From Trichosphaerium sp. ATCC 40318 (lineage: Eukaryota; Protista; Tubulinea): 47,208 nt of DNA. Below are positions 26,253-38,490 of the stretch, one piece after another (position 1 is the first letter of the stretch; each line of letters opens with the position of its first letter). The stretch spans positions 1-47,208 of the forward strand of contig JALMLS010000366.1 of NCBI GenBank assembly GCA_038496445.1, in the 5' to 3' direction. The notes under the pieces are model-generated. The model saw nothing but the letters and a program-made list of their open reading frames with translations, had not been told where the DNA came from and ran no database searches. The translations under genes and the position numbers were made by a program.

Positions 26253-27516
26253 ATGGAGGAAAAAGAATGCTGTTTGTCGCCTATAGTGTCATTTCCACAC
26301 GAGATTCTGGTGTTAATATGCCACAACCTTAATGTCGAGCATTTCCTTGCTCTTAGCGTAACTTCAAAAGAGTTTAACTTGTTTTCAGCCGACACTATTT
26401 TATGGCAGCGTCTTTACGCCCAAACCTTCATAACGGAACCTATAGGTAGCGTTTAAAAGGAACAACACGTGATTTTCAATAAACTATACAAGGTGACAAC
26501 ATTAAGGACGCTTTCATCTACGAATGGAAGAACAAGGTACCGTTCTAACGAAAACCACAAAAATTCGTCACTTTGGGTCTACACCACGTGGTCGCTTGAG
26601 AAGCTCAGCATAAGTGTACTGTGTACGCATATAATCCTTGAGGACTTCTTTCATTGGATGTTTGTACTCTGGTTTGCCTACAGGTGCCTATAAAGAGCGT
26701 TAATCTCAAACAACATTTCAAAGAAACAACAAATGCCGTACCCTCTTGCGGTATCTAGTAGTGCTCCATCCATGGAATAATTGTGTAAACTCTCTTGGCT
26801 CTTGATATTGATGTGTTAGCCAAACTGGAGTCCTTTCATTCTTCCCAGGAGCCAAATTAAGGTAAGCCTATAAAAGGAAGTTAAACACTGCATGTTGTTA
26901 GTATTTTTTTACACAAGTACCTGTACTGCGAGCATAGATTGCTTCTGTGCAACGTGTTTACTTTGTTCTCCAAACCATATCCACATCTCAGTTGTAGCAT
27001 CAATAATCATGACACTGGTAAGATCAAGGGAGTCTTGACTGTATTCAACAGGTGAAATTGGGTAAACCTACAGCAATTGATTAATAAACTGTTATAGTAA
27101 ACATTGTGAGTTCATTTAATACCTTTGCTACTCCGGTTGCGTTGTGGCACATAAACATGCGACAAGTTACATGTTTTTGTGGTGCATCAGTAAAGTACGG
27201 TTGCTTACCTACAATAGAACATTAAAACCCAAAAACGTAGCACTATCTTCTCAAAGTACAAACATCATTTAACACACTTAGTTGCTGTTATGTCTTTGCA
27301 CATATTGTCAAAATGACTTTTTTGTTCACATGTGATGTTAGGTGAAACAAGTCCGATTTAGAAGATCAAAGACAAGTATCAGATGAAGAGGGAAAAGAGT
27401 TTGCGGAGGCATGGGGTATACCATTTGTAAGAGTGAGTTGTAAGACAGGAAAGAATATTCAAAATCTTTTCTCGCTTGCAGTTGACGAATATCTAGTTAA
27501 GGTGTTGGAACAATAA
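26253..27516 (+). pseudogene. F-box + Ras/Rab-like GTPase fusion gene, interrupted
   Basis: Exon 1 is an F-box (SFPHEILVLICHNL...LWQRLY). Exon 2 reads GDNIKDAFIYEWKNK. The last exon NKSDLEDQRQVSDEEGKEFAEAWGIPFVRVSCKTGKNIQNLF carries G4/G5 and is immediately preceded by TGA. G1-G3 are missing where the villidin copy sits. Confidence 0.75.
26573..27251 (-). repeat. Inverted ~680-bp duplicate of villidin genomic DNA 10748-11426 (exons and introns)
   Basis: Direct reverse-complement match with about 9 substitutions counted by eye. Confidence 0.96.
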
Positions 27517-27788
27517 CCATTATGTACGTTTATCTCATGTACCTAAGTACAGTATCTAATATTTGCCTGTAAGTGATAAACCGATAAAACCCCAAGCTAT
27601 CAAAATGGAGCTCTTTCAACGACTTTTATAGGCAAAATGTAAAACAATAAAAATTGTGAGTTAAAGTGTTATGCAAACCACAATGCACGTGCAAACTCAT
27701 TTTCGCTAAAAAATCTTCTCGGTTAAGCTTGAGATTCAAGCGCAAATTGGAGTTAGGGAATGGCTAGAAACGTTGAGTAACACAGTTA

Positions 27789-29522
27789 ATGACTTGTCGA
27801 CTTATTTATCTTATTCTTGGAACTCAAAGTCGCCTTATTTGCCATACATTATTCTTATCAACAGCCACGCAACACTCTCGTAAACAAGTAATTATTCACC
27901 ATATGAGAAAATACAACGACATTAGCAATAAAAAGAAGAAACTGAACTCTAAAAACATTCCCCTGTCACTCACTTCCTTTCCAAACGAAATTCTGGCATT
28001 AATTTTTAATAACCTACCTTATTCTCGCCGTGCGAGTGTGTTAGTTTGTAAAAAATTAGCAGATATTATCTGGTATCACGTGGGATTCTCTCACATAAAT
28101 ATATGGTCACGAGAGCAAATTGACTTTGTTTCATCTCGTGGGAGTCTGATTCGAAACACAGCAATCAATATCATCAATTTCGAAGATATTCAGGACGACG
28201 ACATTATTCCTCTTGCTGGTGTTCATACTCTCAGCATAGCAAAGTACTACGACATCACTTCGTATGGCATCCAATTTCTCGCTGGTATTCATACGCTTAG
28301 ATTGAAGCAATGTTACTTGGCTGATGAGGGATTAAGTACTCTCGATGGTCTACATACTCTCGAGATGGATCAAGTTATAGGTGTTACACATTCAGGATTC
28401 TCATCTTTTAGCCAACTTCACACATTGAGGATAACACAAATCATCGCAACGCCTCAAATGTTCAAAGAAATAGGCGCACTTGGGTTACATACATTCTATT
28501 CTAAGTATGTAAACATTTCTGATGATGATGTCAAAGAGCTCGTTGGCATCAAGGAACTCAGTATTATAGGAGCATCAGGCTACTCTGTTTATGGTCCGTC
28601 AAAAGATCCAGTCTCGTCTAAGGGTATAGCATCACATGCTGGAGTACAAAAGCTCTGCATTGATTTTTGTTTGGGCAAAAAAGCAATACAGGCACTTTCT
28701 GGAATCCATACAATACAACTAGCTATGGGAAACGTTTTTCAATCACGTGACTTTAGTTTAGAAGGTATAACCGGCGCACATATGGTAACTATACTTAAAC
28801 ACAGGGTAACTGCATTCGCTCTAAAGAGTTTAATGACAGTACCAGTACATACGATAAAGCTAAGATGTCAGGTACTAAACCAAGCATTCCAATACCTTGC
28901 TGGAGCACATACCATTGATATCTGTCACACAAACATAACTGACAAAGAAATCGGCTTTCTGAGCGGTGTTAAGAAGTTATTACTTGATGGTACAAGAATC
29001 ACAGGAACCAGCTTTGATGCTCTTTCAGGTATTCATACTATATCCCTGAATAGCTGTACATTACTAAAAGATGAGAATGTAGCTAAGCTCGCAGGTGTAC
29101 ACACAATAGCACTTGCAAAATGCTCACTGTTAACTGATATATCTTTCAAAGCATTGTCTGGTGCTCACACCATTGACCTATCAAATACCGCAGTTACTGA
29201 TGAAAGTCTTAAAGCGCTTGCTGGAGTTCATGCAATCAGTATTAGAAAGACAACTGTAACAGATGTCGGAATCAAAGCTCTGGCTGGTGTTCACACCATT
29301 GATCTTGATAGTACTTTAGTATCAGATGAAGGTCTTCTCGCACTTAAAGGATTATCCTTTTTATGCATGCATAACTGTAAGAACATTACCGAAGCAGGTG
29401 TTAATAGCCTGGGTCATGTTGATAAGTTTTTTGGAAGGGAAGATGCAGTTTATCATGGATACAGTGAGGCGAGATATACAGGATCTCAACTACTGGAGAG
29501 GAGTATTCATACGCTTTCTTAA
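27789..29522 (+). CDS. Intronless F-box-LRR protein, divergent family member (start may be ATG 27903)
   Basis: 577-codon ORF with F-box SLTSFPNEILALIFNNL...VCKKLADII and many LAGVHTI-type LRRs. Confidence 0.9.
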   Translation: MTCRLIYLILGTQSRLICHTLFLSTATQHSRKQVIIHHMRKYNDISNKKKKLNSKNIPLSLTSFPNEILALIFNNLPYSRRASVLVCKKLADIIWYHVGFSHINIWSREQIDFVSSRGSLIRNTAINIINFEDIQDDDIIPLAGVHTLSIAKYYDITSYGIQFLAGIHTLRLKQCYLADEGLSTLDGLHTLEMDQVIGVTHSGFSSFSQLHTLRITQIIATPQMFKEIGALGLHTFYSKYVNISDDDVKELVGIKELSIIGASGYSVYGPSKDPVSSKGIASHAGVQKLCIDFCLGKKAIQALSGIHTIQLAMGNVFQSRDFSLEGITGAHMVTILKHRVTAFALKSLMTVPVHTIKLRCQVLNQAFQYLAGAHTIDICHTNITDKEIGFLSGVKKLLLDGTRITGTSFDALSGIHTISLNSCTLLKDENVAKLAGVHTIALAKCSLLTDISFKALSGAHTIDLSNTAVTDESLKALAGVHAISIRKTTVTDVGIKALAGVHTIDLDSTLVSDEGLLALKGLSFLCMHNCKNITEAGVNSLGHVDKFFGREDAVYHGYSEARYTGSQLLERSIHTLS

Positions 29523-29917
29523 AATATTTACTTTGCAAAGGTTGAGCGGAGTATTTGCGCGCTTTAATAAACATATGTGTTTTAATGGATGTGTTGGTAC
29601 AATTCCGTGGGTAAAAAAGAAATAGACTTGACGATAAGTCAAATGTAAATAGCTTAAAGGCTCAATCTGCGCCTGAGCTATTTGTCTGGAACCTGTGTTC
29701 CTTTGCTTCCAAAAACTCCATAGTCATTGCCGATCTGGCCTGGTACAAATTACTGGAGTCTTCATATTTGTACATCAGTGAGAGTTGTACAAGCATTAAA
29801 TATTTGGCGTATTAGGCACCATGTTTTTGAGTTTTGTTCGGTTCGTAAGTGTTTAAATGAGACGACAGTACTCTTATTTTTGCTTCTGTTGTGCTATTGT
29901 TGTACGATAGTCGGTTT

Positions 29918-32565
29918 TTATTTTAATTTTTTTTTGTACATGCTGGATGGAAGCGGGTTTTTTTTGTGTTTTCTTTTGAGTTTACATTGTAAACTTTGCG
30001 TTTTTCTTTTTCTTCATGTTCTGTTTCTCCTCTCTTAATAGTCTCATTTTTTCACTAATCTCCTCAGGAGGATACAAGTAGTTTGTAGGAATAATGTAAT
30101 TCTTTGTAGAGTTTTTCCTAAACGAGCAAAACAAGTCAGCAAAACAAACTCTGTCATAAAAAAAGTTGTGCTTTTTTCAAAGAAAATAAAAAAGAATGGT
30201 TTCTCTTGAGAACCCATAAGGTTTTGGGTTTGTCAAAATCAGAGGTTGTTACAACAACTTACTTGAGCTTATTTTCATATCTTTTACGACTATTCTTAGC
30301 AAGTATCCATCGACGTTGATTGATGTTAAGAATTTGTTCACGAAGTAGATTACCTAAGGTAAAATGAGTTTCTACCGCACTATATCTTGAACTCAAAGTA
30401 GTAGGACTTGACTGTACCTTTTGGTTTTAAGTTTATCAATTTACCAGGAAGCTCTTCAGGAAGCAAAACTTCATCGAAGTCTTCAACTTCGAATCTAAAA
30501 AAAAAGTAAATTAACTTGATCTTTAAGGTAAAAAAAAATGACTAAAGGAAACTTACCTTCCTCCTTTATGCGATGGTACCACCTTCTTAGGTTTTGGTGT
30601 ATTACGTTTCTTGACTTCTTCTGGATCCATGAATTTATCAACGATTTTATCAACTCTGTAATGAACCAGTAAGAACATAAAAATGAAAACAAACCAAAAT
30701 AAAAAGCGATGATTTTGAGCTTATGTACGTGTAAAATTCAAAAAAACATATCAAGTTGAGATACTAAAAATAAGTAGATCCAGAAATATTGACACGTGTA
30801 CAAATAAACTGAAACTACAACAAACACGTGGCAAAGATAACTCGCGTTTGAAGTTGTTTTTGACGTATTTCTCTTATTTAATTGCGCGTATACGTACTTG
30901 TCCCATTGTTCCTTCTTTTCTCTCAAATATTTCTTACGTAAATTATTTCTATGCCTTTCTGTAATAGACACATTGACTCGATAAAACTTTCCATTTGGAT
31001 TTTGTTTGAGTACAAACTTGAAGTTCTTTTTCCGGTCTCTGTAGCTACGATCCTGAGGTTTCGGTTCAAAGTGATCCTTTGGAATCTCTAAAGCAGTTTG
31101 TAAATAAAAGGAATAGCAATAGTAGATTTACAACCGTCAACTGTCAGTAACACAAAAATGTTTTCAAAAAAAAAAGGTGTAAAAATGTTTGGAGAACGTA
31201 CCAGCATCATATTTCTCTAACCCTTTGATTTCATGTCCTGGTTTAAACTCATGATTCTTAAACCTACGTTGTCCATACAACTTTTTATTACCGGCCTTAC
31301 TACAAATGCGTAAGAACAAGTTTAAAACAAATCAAGAAAAAAAACAATGTGTTTTTTTGAACTTACTCAGTGTATGTAAAGTGCTCATATAGTTTTTCAT
31401 TTCTTGCTTCAAGGTCTGTGACTTGTTTTGCAACATGTTCTAAAATAATTTAGAGATAGATTTAAATAAATATTACAACGCTTTGAAGTCATTGGTGGCA
31501 ATTCAAAACAAAAAACAAGAAAGTGATTTGTTTGCTAAAAAGTGTCATTGTGACATGTTGACATACCCATTGCTTTTTTATGATCAACCGCGTCTGGGTT
31601 GTATGATTGACCAGGAAGTGGCTTAGCTTTTGTACCAACGTTAGAGACATCAGTTACAGGTGGTTTATACTTCCGTTTCTAAAAAACAAAGAAACTCAGC
31701 AACGAAACAAGTTAAAACAAAAAATAAAAATAAAAAAAATTCTTGCTTCCTACGCACGTTGTATGTCTTCATTGAGTTCTGATCAGCCTGATTATCTACA
31801 ACCCACCTCTCGTCTACATCTACAAATTGTTTAAATAGGTGTTCTTAACCAGGGAAGCAAGAAAAAGATCGATTTTTTTGAAGAAATACCTTTCATTTTT
31901 TTAGATCTGTGGTAAACCTTTCTTGAATCATTTCTAAAGTCTTTTCCCCATAGATCATACGCTTTAAACGATTCTTGATCAACTTGTGCAGCGATATTTC
32001 TCTCTGCAAAGTGTAATTCCCTTTTACGCTTTTTAGAGCCAATCTTTGTTTGTTGTTAGCTCAATGGAAGCGTATACGCGAAATGAAGAAAAAAAAGTGT
32101 AAAAACAATTAAATGGCGAGGAAACTACGCGTACTTGTTTGTTTTGCGATAGAAGCTCCTTAATCTTACCCACTTCTTTTTCGTAGCTCGTTTGCCTTTT
32201 TTTGTAACGTATTAGACCGTTTAACCGTTATGTCGCGTATTACGCACTTTTTATACGTGGTAGGCGTAATATTAGGCTTCGTATTCGGGTGTGGTATGAT
32301 ATCAATACCGCGGCGTGGTTTATCCTTTACATAGTCTCTTCGCTGGCTTCTATTTAGCTTGCTCCCTATTAATGTGAATATTGCGAATTTCTGGAGAAGT
32401 TGTACGATCTGGGCTTGGTGGGCGATTAATAGGCGCATTCAGTGCCCGTTCTGTGGCAATAATTTCAACCTCATCACAAGCACGTCTGGCGAATTTTGCA
32501 GCCCGTTTCTTCTTCCTTCTCGTTTTACGAGCGGTTTTAGAACGCAAACTCGGTTTACGACCCAT
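29918..32565 (-). CDS. NOP53: Nop53/GLTSCR2-like ribosome biogenesis protein, multi-exon
   Basis: Basic N-terminus, AYDLWG, PGQSYNPDAVDH and a C-terminal EVLLPEELPGKLINLKPK|GNLLREQ...RRWI resemble the conserved Nop53 blocks as I recall them. Middle exons are only partly resolved. Confidence 0.62.
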
Positions 32566-32994
32566 TTCTGCAAAATTACAGTTTAACCTTCACTTAAAAA
32601 CCCAACTATGTTAAGTCGTGCAATTGTGTACATAACAATAAATCAATACGTACGATGCCAATACGACTCTAATTGAAAAGAGATTCAACCACATTATAAG
32701 CGCCTACCTCTATACAACAATGGTAGAGGCCTTTTCAGTTGATACCATAAGGTCTTGCCCAATTTATACGTTCTTTTCCTTTTGTGTCTTCTCTGTACAA
32801 TGTTTAGAGCGCTTGCTTGCTTCTCGGTATGGAATCTGCTGGAGTACACGAGACGCCATACAAATAAATCATGAAGTGACACTCTATAAATTGCACCGGA
32901 ACTAAATCGTAAGTGGCAATTTTGCTCAACGCTTTAACTATTTCCGTTTCCCGTTTATGCTTAACAAAAAGGATGATGGCAAGTCATGCATTTT

Positions 32995-33064
32995 TTTTCT
33001 AAGGAGGAATCGAACCTCCATTATTTGAACTAAATCAAAGATGATACCATTACACTATTAGATG
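32995..33064 (-). tRNA. Atypical tRNA or tRNA pseudogene; 6-nt anticodon loop, isotype undetermined
   Basis: CATCTAA-TA-GTGTAATGGTATCAT-C-TTTGA[TTTAGT]TCAAA-TAAT-GGAGG[TTCGATT]CCTCC-TTAGAAA-A. Confidence 0.75.
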
Positions 33065-33430
33065 AAGCATGAACTCATATATATTGCATCCTTGTATATT
33101 GTTTGTACAGAATTGACTATAAGACATACAAACAGAATATAAAAAATATATTGTGGTTTTCATTTCCGAGAAATTAATAAGAATGTATTTCCATTCTATG
33201 TAGGACTCGTCGATTATTACGTACAGTATACAGTATTAAATAATAAGGTGAAACGCTTACTGCGGAAAAAGCCAATGAGGGTACGAGAACAGTATCACTT
33301 GAGTACAATTGAAAATATTTTAGTATCTTTTTTGCGACTCCATTGTCAAGTATGTATCGTCTGCTATGTACTATAGTTGGTGTATTTTATTTAATATACT
33401 ATTTTACAACATAACCCACCATTTTTTTAA

Positions 33431-34206
33431 TCACATAGTATTAATACTTCTATCGTCAGCCATCAACAAGGGTTGTATCTCATTATCAAAACTTTTTCTA
33501 ATTTTAGTCCAAAAAATCATTTGCTTTAACGAGTTACCACAAATAGTCAACGTAGCACATGTTAAAATACCCAAAGAGAATGAAGTCCAATTACCAAGAT
33601 AATTAGGTACATAATGAGCACAAGAATCCTTAGGACAAATAGACTTCAACTCTTGTTGCAAACCATTAGGTGATGATACTTGTGTAGCATAAAGAATATA
33701 AGCTAACACGGGAATCATAAAGACAATAGTTACAAGATTTATTATCCTAGTAAACCTATGAAACCAAGCAGCCACCCATTGAATAACAGCCTAAATAAGT
33801 AAATCAGGTGAGTTTCTTTTTGATTATTTTCTGATCACGTGACAAAATATGAAAACCACAAAGGGAATACATGGGTTGTTAACAAAGTACGTACCACAAT
33901 GAAGAAAATACCAAAAACTGGGTACGCAAGCGTCTGAATAAGGCGTCCTTCAATGTTAAAGTCGTTTTCGTTAAAATGGCATGTTTGAAGTATTACTGCG
34001 CCTGTTAGAGGAAGTACAGATAGTATAAGCGTTGCTATTGATATCAATACAGCCATAGAGGCATATAATGCTGAATTTGTTGCTAGCGTCCCGTATAGCT
34101 CTACTACGCTATCGTATTTCGTTTTCTTCTTGTTTGTTTCATTTGCCATGTTTATAGCGCTATTTACGACGCTCCCCGCGCCGACCACGTGCCTTATTGC
34201 TTCCAT
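33431..34206 (-). CDS. Hypothetical multi-pass membrane protein, 2 exons
   Basis: Two ORFs join in frame across GT-AG intron 33791-33894; about 4 hydrophobic segments. Confidence 0.7.
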
Positions 34207-34727
34207 TGTGGCCAAAAAATTGTCAACAGAGCCAGACTTAATAATTCATTTGTGGAACACAACTCTCACGGGGTGCGTTGCTTTTCAGGCAATGTGATTG
34301 GTTGTGAAGCGAATTGCAAACTCATGAGCTTTGCTCGTGTACACCAAGCATCTATTGGTATAATGCTCTAAAAAAGAAATTAATAATGTTTCAATCGGCT
34401 TTTTTTAATGTGCTCAAGAGCTAGGTTCGAAAATAACCTACTAGCCTTTATCCCACAAACCTGAGCCTTGAACAGATGAGCCAAGATATTAAATAGAAGG
34501 TCTTGTCCGGCGCTAAATGATAAAGTTACTGTCAACTTTAGTATAGCATAAATACCACGTGTACAGCACGACCTTTCGTAAATTAGCGACTGTTGGAATT
34601 AAACATTCCAATTCTATTTTCTTTTAGCGTTCGGCTTCCGGTTCAACTACCTGTAATTCTGTTAAGTCAAGACAAACGTACCAAGTTAAGGTGATTCTTG
34701 AACTTCATTAGGCTAAACAAGGTGATT

Positions 34728-35799
34728 ATGCTCCCAAACAACGCTCCCTTACGCCTTGAAAAAGTTACAATTATTATTCTTGGAGATGGAGCTGTTGGTA
34801 CGACATAACAGCCTCTTACTGTTAATCAACGTTAATATTACGCATTTCAGGTAAAACAAGCTTAGCTATACGTTACCAGTACAAACGGTTCCCAACCGAA
34901 TACGGTACCTCTCTATTTAACTGCAATCGCTTATATTGTTTAGTGCCAACAGTATTCGACGATTACAGGTATAAACGTGTTAAATTGATTGTTTACAAAC
35001 CCTAAAAACATGTTTGTTCAGAGATGCAAACGCTAAGTTTTTAGGCAGAACTTTATGTTTACGTTCGTTTTCTTACTTTATTCTCATTTAATTGTTTAAT
35101 TCTACAATAAAAAGAGTTATTGGATACTGCGGGTACAAAGGAGCTAGAAAATGCCTTGATTTTTGGATATGCTGTAAGTTAATTAAACCCTAAAATTTCT
35201 TGTTTCAGAAGTAGAAGTATCCTCTTCCGTTTGCACGGGGTACCATCACTGTGTTGTCATCTAATATATTTTTAGATAGCTCATGTTGCTTTGATATGTT
35301 TTAGTATTGTTTCAAGGAGTAGTTTTAAAGCTGTTACATTCAGGGTACAAAGGAATTAATCAAAACAAAAAAGTTGAAAACTACAAAGCCATTACAACTT
35401 AACATATGCTCAGTGGGCAGTTGATGTGGATCAAAATAGCCCCAACGATACACCTATCATTATTGTAGGTCTGAAAACGGATTTAAGAAATTCACAAGAT
35501 GACAGTGTTTCAAGAGAGGAAGGCGAAGATATGGCAAGAACTATTAAAGTACAAGAAACAACTAATTTTGTCTTTTATTCTACCGCTTCGTTTTACTTAA
35601 ACTAGGCGCACTCATATGTGGAATGTAGTCCTATGACAGGACAGGGTGTTGACTCAGGTAATGAACATCTATTTGTAACAATGCTTTACAAAGAATTTGA
35701 CTTGTTGTAGTATTTCATGAAGCGATATTGGCAGTGCTGAATAAAAGAGGATTCTTCAAAACACATCAATATACTTACTCTAAATGTGTTTTAATGTGA
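34728..35799 (+). CDS. Rho/Rac-family small GTPase, divergent, multi-exon
   Basis: GDGAVGKTS, YVPTVFDDY, LDTAGT, VGLKTDLR, YVECSP and a C-terminal CAAX CVLM-stop. An additional upstream exon is possible. Confidence 0.9.
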
Positions 35800-36009
35800 C
35801 CCCAATGAAACTCAAAATCTATGTAGTGAACCTTTGTAAATACTCACGTAACTACTTCTTACAATTTGTGTTGGTGTTTTTTAAGGGCCCTTAAGAGCTC
35901 AATTTAAGGTGAGCAACCATAAAAAGCACGTGCTGCCTTAAAAAAATTAAGTTAAATTGGTTCTGTTTTATTCACTGTACAAGCGCTCTGTAGAAGTCTT
36001 TTTTGTTTG

Positions 36010-38490
36010 TTAAGGTTTCATTAGTCCCTGAACTGATTGTACCTGTACAGGAGCAGTTTGTGTTCTTTCTGACTTTGTCATACGCAGTGGAAATATAGTT
36101 TTTGGCTTTAAGAATAAAAGTAGTAATATGACGAAAACAAGTATCACAATAAAGCCCAACACGCCACCAATCAATGAGTATTGTAATGACCTATTTTCTT
36201 CCCCGTTTTCTTCGTTGCACGTGTTAATATCAAATACCGCCCAAAGTCTATTTCGTGACTCTATTTCAATGAATTAGTGAGCGACAAGTTTGATTGATTA
36301 AAGCTACAAACTACTTACGCTCTCCAACTCCATCTCTTTGACATGGAATATCAGTAGTTATAGTCATATTACTAGTATCTATTACACAGTTCTCAGAAAC
36401 GTTCATTAATACTACACGTTCAACCACTTGAGCTTCTTTCAGGTTAATGGTTGATCCTAAAACAAGGCATTAGAAAAACAGTACAACAACTCCTATGCAT
36501 ACCTGACATATTAGCACAGCCCTTTACAATAAATTCAGTTCCAGCAGTCATTACTATTACTCCCGAATCCCAAGTCAAGTTTCCTGAGAAAGCATGTGAG
36601 TAAACTTAACAACACTGACAGCAAGACGGTTTACCTTTAATGACAACCTTTGATGTATCTTGAAAATCAATAAGGTCATTCACCACAATGTTACTCCCTA
36701 AGAAGCATTCTCCGTTGGTGCAATTGAAGATTTTAACTAAGTTGTTTTGAATCACTGGCGATTCAGCAGGTTGCAACGTCATTATTGGTTGTTCTGTTTG
36801 AGGAACGGAGGGAACAGGTTTCAATGTAGGTGGAATTGTTGTTGTAGTTACTGGAAGTGTTGTTGGTATACCTCCTAATATTGGAGGTTGCTCTGTTGAT
36901 GAAAATACAGGCGCAATTGTTGGACTATACGTTGATGGTGAATTCACAGGCGCAATTGTAGGACTATACGTTGATGGCGAATTCACAGGCTCAGTTGTTG
37001 GCCTATACGTTCCTGAACCGAGTGGTACTACTCCACTATCTTCGGATAACCAAAGATCTAAGTAGAAGTCAAATATTTCAATTTTGGTGCGAGCAGAAGC
37101 TCTTTCTTTTTTTGTTCGTTTTTTGGCATAACGCACAGTTACTTAGTTTGTACACTAAAATTTGGTTTCCGCTAGTAACAAACATATTTCCGTTTCCATC
37201 AAAACCAGAAGCTCTTGCTTGTTCGCTTGTAAGCCGTGAGGCTAAGACATGGCCTTTACTGGGTTAACACGGAAGAAAACGAATAGAAGTCAACACGTGA
37301 CAGTTGATGTTTTTTTTGAGGTGCTAATAGTACCTGTTATGTTCATAACGTATACTCCTTTAGTTCCAGCAGCTAAAAATATATCTTTGCTTGGATGTGA
37401 GTACAATGCAGCTTCATCAAAGTTTTCGTTTGGAGGTGCATCAAAGGAAAAGGCTACCGTATCGTAGTAACCTTGTATCAATTAAGTTAGTTATCTTGCT
37501 GTTAAGTTGTTGGCGGTGTCATTGTACCTTTCATGAAACCATATATTGTCTGTCTTGTAGCTGACAGGACAATACCACTTGAGAAAACAGTAACGCTCTA
37601 GTATTTACAATAAGATATATGTTGTGTTTCGTAGGTTTAGTTCACCTAAGACATACTTGTGGTGAACTACTTGAAGCTACTTCTGGTGTAGTATACGTTC
37701 CCTTATATCTATCTTAAGGAGAAAATCAGCGTAACAATTAACTAAGCCAACACAAGGCCAAATCACTCTATTTCTTCTTTTTTTCTTTGTTCGTTTTGCG
37801 TACAATTATTAATGTCGTATTGCTGAATACCGCCATCAAAAAAATCACCGGGTACTCCATGAATAGAAACAAATATATTTTGTTCACTCTTGTCAGTACA
37901 GATCTGTTTGTAGTTGCCATTAAGTGCTCCAGCCAAATCAAATCCACTCACCCATTGGTTCAGATTATTGAACTTGACCTAAAGCAAATGAATCAGTGTC
38001 AATCAAGTACAATGCAAGTTTACGATGTCTGTAGATTGTCCTCCTGTAGCGAACCAACCCTGACAACTCGTACAAGTTACTATACCTACAAACCCTTCAT
38101 GAGAACAAAATAAAAACTAACAGAAAACGAGACGGATATAATACCCTGTGGATGATTGTATCTGAAGCCGTAAAAGGTATCAGCTTCCGTCCAAGTTTCA
38201 AGCTCTCCAACTTGTACTTCTAAAAGGAATATCAGAAAATCAAAAAGACTACGCTCCGAAATGGACATGTAGACATACCTTTAATGATATCGTAAAAAAT
38301 AACAACATTCCTTGACGAGTCTGTAATTGCTACTAATCCTTCACTTGTAATCGCTATATTTTGCACGTGTCCAACAGTAAAATTATATAGTGGTTCCGTG
38401 TATATCCCATCTTAACATGGTAGTAAGTATCACCCAATACGTATTGTAATCTTGAAAAAACTTGGCAAGCAAAAATAGACAACGAAAAGA
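36010..38490 (-). CDS. Type I membrane protein with a beta-rich ectodomain, Pro/Thr/Ser stalk and C-terminal TM; start unresolved
   Basis: Many short GT-AG exons, a PT-rich exon at 36635-37045, TM LIGGVLGFIVILVFVILLLLFL and a stop at 36010-36012. Confidence 0.7.
36907..37011 (-). repeat. 39-bp coding minisatellite, ~2.7 copies (PVNSPSTYSPTIA)
   Basis: ACAGGCGCAATTGTTGGACTATACGTTGATGGTGAATTC-like units at 36907, 36946 and 36985 (partial). Confidence 0.9.
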
